32,000 nucleotides of DNA from Gammaproteobacteria bacterium (GTDB lineage Bacteria; Pseudomonadota; Gammaproteobacteria; JBIOEC01): contig OZ257143.1 in the NCBI GenBank assembly GCA_965279305.1, positions 1,170,001-1,202,000 of the forward strand. The letters are read 5' to 3'. Both the position numbers and the translations under genes were made by a program. Below are positions 29,003-32,000 of this stretch, in pieces. Numbering within the stretch: position 1 is the stretch's first letter; the number at the start of each line of letters is the position of its first letter. The notes under the pieces were generated by a model that saw only the letters and a program-made list of their open reading frames with translations, was not told the origin of the DNA and did no database searches.

Positions 29003-29623
29003 ATGCTGAAAGGACTACAATATATCTTTACGCGCTTCTCATTTGTTTCTGTTATGCTCATTTTTAGCGCAGCTGCTACTGCATATCAAGCGGTTGACTT
29101 AAATATTGGCCGAAGTGTTGCTTTTGGATATTCAACTAATTTAGATCAACGTAGCTTTGGAGCTTCGGCCAGTGGTCTTATTGGTATAGATGAAGACACT
29201 CGTCTTTTTGCACCCGCTGTTCGCTACACATTACTTCCGATTGATAACCAATCCTTTTTAGATAATGTATTTGTTACGGTGGCGGGCTATTGGGGATTTT
29301 TAGATCAATACGACGATAGCGAAGTGACAGCCATTGGTTTTGGTGGTGGTGCTCGCATTAAATTATTAGATGAATATTCGTTTTTAGAAAAACCGATTTA
29401 TTTATCAGGTGTCATTAGCTATGCTCCGCCTGGCACGACTTATCAAGATGGCTCTAACTTATTACTCTGGTATACCCGCATAGAATATCCTGTTTTTGAT
29501 CGATCACTTGTTTATCTAGGTTATCGTTCTATTACTACCGATATTACCACTGATAAAAACCGGTATATAGAAAACGCGAGCATAGATAAAACCCTATTTG
29601 TGGGTATTCACTACGTATTTTAA
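29003..29623 (+). CDS. Small secreted/outer-membrane beta-barrel-like protein (possibly YfaZ-like; unverified)
   Basis: The N-terminal hydrophobic signal is VSVMLIFSAAATA|YQ. Alternating-polarity strands are present. The C-terminal FVGIHYVF is an OMP-type aromatic terminus. An SD AAAGGGG is present. Confidence 0.5.
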   Translation: MLKGLQYIFTRFSFVSVMLIFSAAATAYQAVDLNIGRSVAFGYSTNLDQRSFGASASGLIGIDEDTRLFAPAVRYTLLPIDNQSFLDNVFVTVAGYWGFLDQYDDSEVTAIGFGGGARIKLLDEYSFLEKPIYLSGVISYAPPGTTYQDGSNLLLWYTRIEYPVFDRSLVYLGYRSITTDITTDKNRYIENASIDKTLFVGIHYVF

Positions 29624-30060
29624 GTATGCTTTGTTGAAATGTCGTGTAATTTCTCATCTATCAGTGTAAATAACGCAGATAAACTGAGATGTTGAAATTC
29701 AGGTTTGATGCTAATCCCATAGTCTTCTGTATTTTTCATGTGTGTGCCTCGTATGCGTAATGCATGATGAGCTAAGCAAAAAGCATCATCACAAGGGCGA
29801 GAGCGAATATGGTGTTGTTCTAATTGTTGTTTTAGTAAATCAGGCTGAGAGACCGTTAAAAATTCACTGACAACATGGCTCATTAAACGAGAAAGACGTT
29901 CATAAATAGAATGTCTTTTTTCCGTATCAAAATTATTCCAATCAATGACTTCTTTATATTCGCGTTTACAGCCACGACAAATAATATCACCATAAACAGT
30001 GGAGCATATTCCAATACAAGGGGTATCTAGCAGTGGATTGTTAATCTCGGATCTGACCAT
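29620..30060 (-). CDS. DUF1289-type Cys-motif (putative Fe-S/metal-binding) protein with extra C-terminal domain
   Basis: The N-terminal TPCIGICSTVYGDIICRGCKREYKEVIDWN matches the PCxGxC...CxGCxR...E...W pattern of DUF1289/YdhL-like proteins. The start ATG lies 20 nt inside the proA 3' end. Confidence 0.6.
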   Translation of the reverse strand: MVRSEINNPLLDTPCIGICSTVYGDIICRGCKREYKEVIDWNNFDTEKRHSIYERLSRLMSHVVSEFLTVSQPDLLKQQLEQHHIRSRPCDDAFCLAHHALRIRGTHMKNTEDYGISIKPEFQHLSLSALFTLIDEKLHDISTKHT

Positions 30061-31294
30061 GGCCTAATACTCGATATTGATAGGTGGTTAGTTCTTTAGG
30101 TCCTACAGGGCCGCGAGCATGCAACTTACCGGTGCTAATGCCCATTTCTGCACCAAAGCCAAAAACGCTGCCATCGGTAAAGCGTGTAGACGCATTATGA
30201 TAAACCACCGCAGAATTTACATTATTTAAAAAATACTCAGCGGCTTTTGCATTCTCAGTGATGATACTGTCGGAGTGATGCGAGCCATACGTATTAATAT
30301 GTTCAACGGCTTCTTCCACATTATCCAATACTTTAATGGCCAATACTAAGTCTAAATATTCTGTGCGCCAATCTTCTTCAGTGGCAGCAGTAATGGGAAT
30401 ATCTTTTAATAAAGCCATGGTACGTTTGCAACCGCGCAATTTAACACCTTGAGCATGCAAAGCGGCTGCTACTTTAGGTAAAAAAGTAGGGGCGATATGC
30501 GCATGCACTAATAAGGTTTCTGCTGCGTTGCATACACCAGGACGCTGACATTTGGCATTCACTACAATTTTTTCAGCCATGGTGATATCAGCCGCTTCAT
30601 CTACATACACATGACAAATACCATCCAAATGTTGAAGTACAGGAATTTTGGTTTGATCCATAACCGCTTGTATTAAGCTTTTTCCACCGCGGGGAATAAT
30701 TAAATCGATAGTATCGTTTTGGGCAAGCAGTGCCACTGTAGCGGCTCTATCAGTAGAATCAATAAACTGAATAGCGTCTTTTAATTCATCATCAATGACT
30801 TTTACCAGACACTCAACAATAGCACGATTGCTATTAATCGCTTCTTTTCCGCCTTTCAACACAATCCCATTTCCAGATTTAATGGCCAAGCCAATGGCAT
30901 CAGCGGTAACATTAGGTCTGGCTTCATAAATAAAGCCTAATACGCCTAGAGGAACCGATATTTTATGAACCACGAGGCCATTTTTTAATGTAAATTGTTC
31001 TAGTTCATTGCCCACGGGATCAGGCAGATCCGCTATTTCTGCTAGGGCGGTTGCCATAGCTTTTATGCGCGCTGGAGTCAGTGTCAGGCGGTCTTGTAAT
31101 GCACTTGATAGGCCAGCGGCTTGTTTTAGATCAAGGGCATTTGCCTCAAGAATAGTTTTTTCATGCTTTTTAAGCGCTTCGGCCATTTTTTTAAGTAACG
31201 TGCTTTTGGTTTTTGCACTCGCGTGCGCGAGTAGGCCAGCGGCTTGCTTGGCTTTTTGGCATTGTTCAGTGACGTGTGTGGTAATGTTGGTCAT
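30041..31294 (-). CDS. proA: Gamma-glutamyl phosphate reductase ProA
   Basis: This aldehyde-dehydrogenase-fold protein contains GVLGFIYEARPNVT, CNAAETLLVH and ASTRFTDG motifs. It has the canonical ~417-aa length. Confidence 0.95.
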   Translation of the reverse strand: MTNITTHVTEQCQKAKQAAGLLAHASAKTKSTLLKKMAEALKKHEKTILEANALDLKQAAGLSSALQDRLTLTPARIKAMATALAEIADLPDPVGNELEQFTLKNGLVVHKISVPLGVLGFIYEARPNVTADAIGLAIKSGNGIVLKGGKEAINSNRAIVECLVKVIDDELKDAIQFIDSTDRAATVALLAQNDTIDLIIPRGGKSLIQAVMDQTKIPVLQHLDGICHVYVDEAADITMAEKIVVNAKCQRPGVCNAAETLLVHAHIAPTFLPKVAAALHAQGVKLRGCKRTMALLKDIPITAATEEDWRTEYLDLVLAIKVLDNVEEAVEHINTYGSHHSDSIITENAKAAEYFLNNVNSAVVYHNASTRFTDGSVFGFGAEMGISTGKLHARGPVGPKELTTYQYRVLGHGQIRD

Positions 31295-31314
31295 GACTCC
31301 ATGCTAGACTATTC

Positions 31315-31461
31315 GAAGGAATTTTTCTAGGGGGATTGCCCTCTGGTGAGTATTGAATTCAAAGACGCCGTGAATACTTCCCTGTAGGCTCAGCCTCGGC
31401 ATCCTGCCTCGGATGCTTTGAATTCAATACTCACCAGAGAGCAATCCTAGAAAACACCTTC
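31315..31461. repeat. Long imperfect inverted repeat (MITE-like element or long-stem RNA hairpin)
   Basis: The core arms are 31334-31364 GATTGCCCTCTGGTGAGTATTGAATTCAAAG and 31416-31446 CTTTGAATTCAATACTCACCAGAGAGCAATC, complementary at 30 of 31 positions. Pairing continues outward (TTTTCTAG/CTAGAAAA and GAAGG/CCTTC) with a 3-nt G bulge. The 51-nt loop is GC-rich. Confidence 0.75.
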
Positions 31462-31485
31462 TCATTAAAGGGAAAAAATAAAGTA

Positions 31486-31956
31486 TTATGATATTGGAGT
31501 AGGTGTTATGTTGGGAGGGGTTGGAGCAGGTGCATTCCCGGGGCTTAGTAGTAAACGTGCTTCGTCAAATAGTGATTTGGTTTCGCTTTTATCAATTATA
31601 TAAGTGATAAAGGCAAGAAAATAGGCTTCTTGTAAATCGACTAATTGACTTAAGCCAACGGTGTTTTCTTCGTTATTAGATAATATATTTACTATCCCTT
31701 TTAGTAACTCCAATTTGTGATGAATATCCAGAGTCGGAATATAAGCACTTTTTTCAAGACGTTTAATTTTTTTGATTATTTTTGCAATCAGCTGATCTTT
31801 TCTTTCTCTCATTATTATTTTTTGAATTTCTTCACCGCTTTGGTTAACATAATTATTATCAGAAGTTGAACTTTCTGGTTCATCTACTACATTAGGTTCT
31901 TGCTCAAGGGTGTTAACTAATGGTTCTGGTTTTTGATAATGCGCTTGAGAACACAT
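31486..31956 (-). CDS. Hypothetical protein (acidic N-terminus, helical middle, Pro-rich tail)
   Basis: The ORF is 156 codons and shows no family motif I recognise. No SD precedes the first ATG. An internal start at MRERKD is possible. The C-terminus is SPGNAPAPTPPNITPTPIS. Confidence 0.4.
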   Translation of the reverse strand: MCSQAHYQKPEPLVNTLEQEPNVVDEPESSTSDNNYVNQSGEEIQKIIMRERKDQLIAKIIKKIKRLEKSAYIPTLDIHHKLELLKGIVNILSNNEENTVGLSQLVDLQEAYFLAFITYIIDKSETKSLFDEARLLLSPGNAPAPTPPNITPTPIS

Positions 31957-32000
31957 AAATAGATTGATGGGGATAGTGTTGCTATTGAGTTTTGCTTTTT

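Noticed and set aside
31008-31307. 99-aa plus-strand ORF antisense to the proA 5' region. Similar antisense or alternate-frame ORFs occur at 533..796, 973..1185, 2651..2881, 4006..4242, 5666..5854, 8872..9069, 9632..9853, 10067..10294, 15083..15427, 18220..18429, 19408..19596, 20739..20930, 21057..21281, 23549..23969, 24567..24917, 26800..27048 and 27952..28179.
   Set aside because: All are nested within or opposite confidently identified genes. They lack SDs and recognisable motifs and have skewed low-complexity composition. They are typical six-frame noise.

Overview
This is an AT-rich (roughly 40% GC by eye) gammaproteobacterial chromosome segment. It is tightly packed and made up mostly of core housekeeping genes. 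From left to right:

- **1-9355 (+):** the distal end of the dcw division and cell-wall cluster, ftsW (5'-truncated by the window edge), murG, murC, murB, ddl, ftsQ, ftsA, ftsZ and lpxC.
- **9352-14072 (-):** a GlcD-like FAD oxidase, followed by the E. coli-type block lpoA-yraN-diaA-dolP, which diverges from rsmI (+).
- **14999-16110:** a vapBC toxin-antitoxin cassette wedged between rsmI and a type-A RNase P RNA gene (rnpB).
- **16265-18643 (+):** a yqaA-like membrane protein, nlpD and rpoS.
- **18723-21496 (+):** a eukaryotic-like RI-type leucine-rich-repeat protein with an ankyrin-like tail, then a 477-aa outer-membrane beta-barrel candidate with a coiled coil.
- **21552-31956:** rnt, a large MscS-family channel, fumC, an orphan membrane protein, an OPT transporter, msrA, a small OMP-like protein, a DUF1289-type Cys-motif protein, proA and an orphan protein.

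The core synteny plus a eukaryotic-like LRR/ANK protein suggest a Legionellales-like intracellular lineage. That is inference only.

I found no CRISPR array, tRNA or rRNA gene, transposase or integrase gene, or recognisable multi-gene defence or secretion system. I cannot honestly claim a novel system here. The items most worth a second look are:

- a ~147-nt long-stem inverted repeat just upstream of proA, which looks like a MITE or a structured RNA;
- the LRR/ANK effector-like gene next to rpoS;
- a 37-codon membrane ORF, absent from the ORF track, with a strong SD ahead of fumC;
- the head-to-head rnt/msc gene pair, whose 9-bp spacer carries both ribosome-binding sites;
- several orphan or envelope proteins in the right third of the window.

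Several longest-ORF starts in the supplied track overshoot the likely true starts. Corrected starts are given in the feature list.
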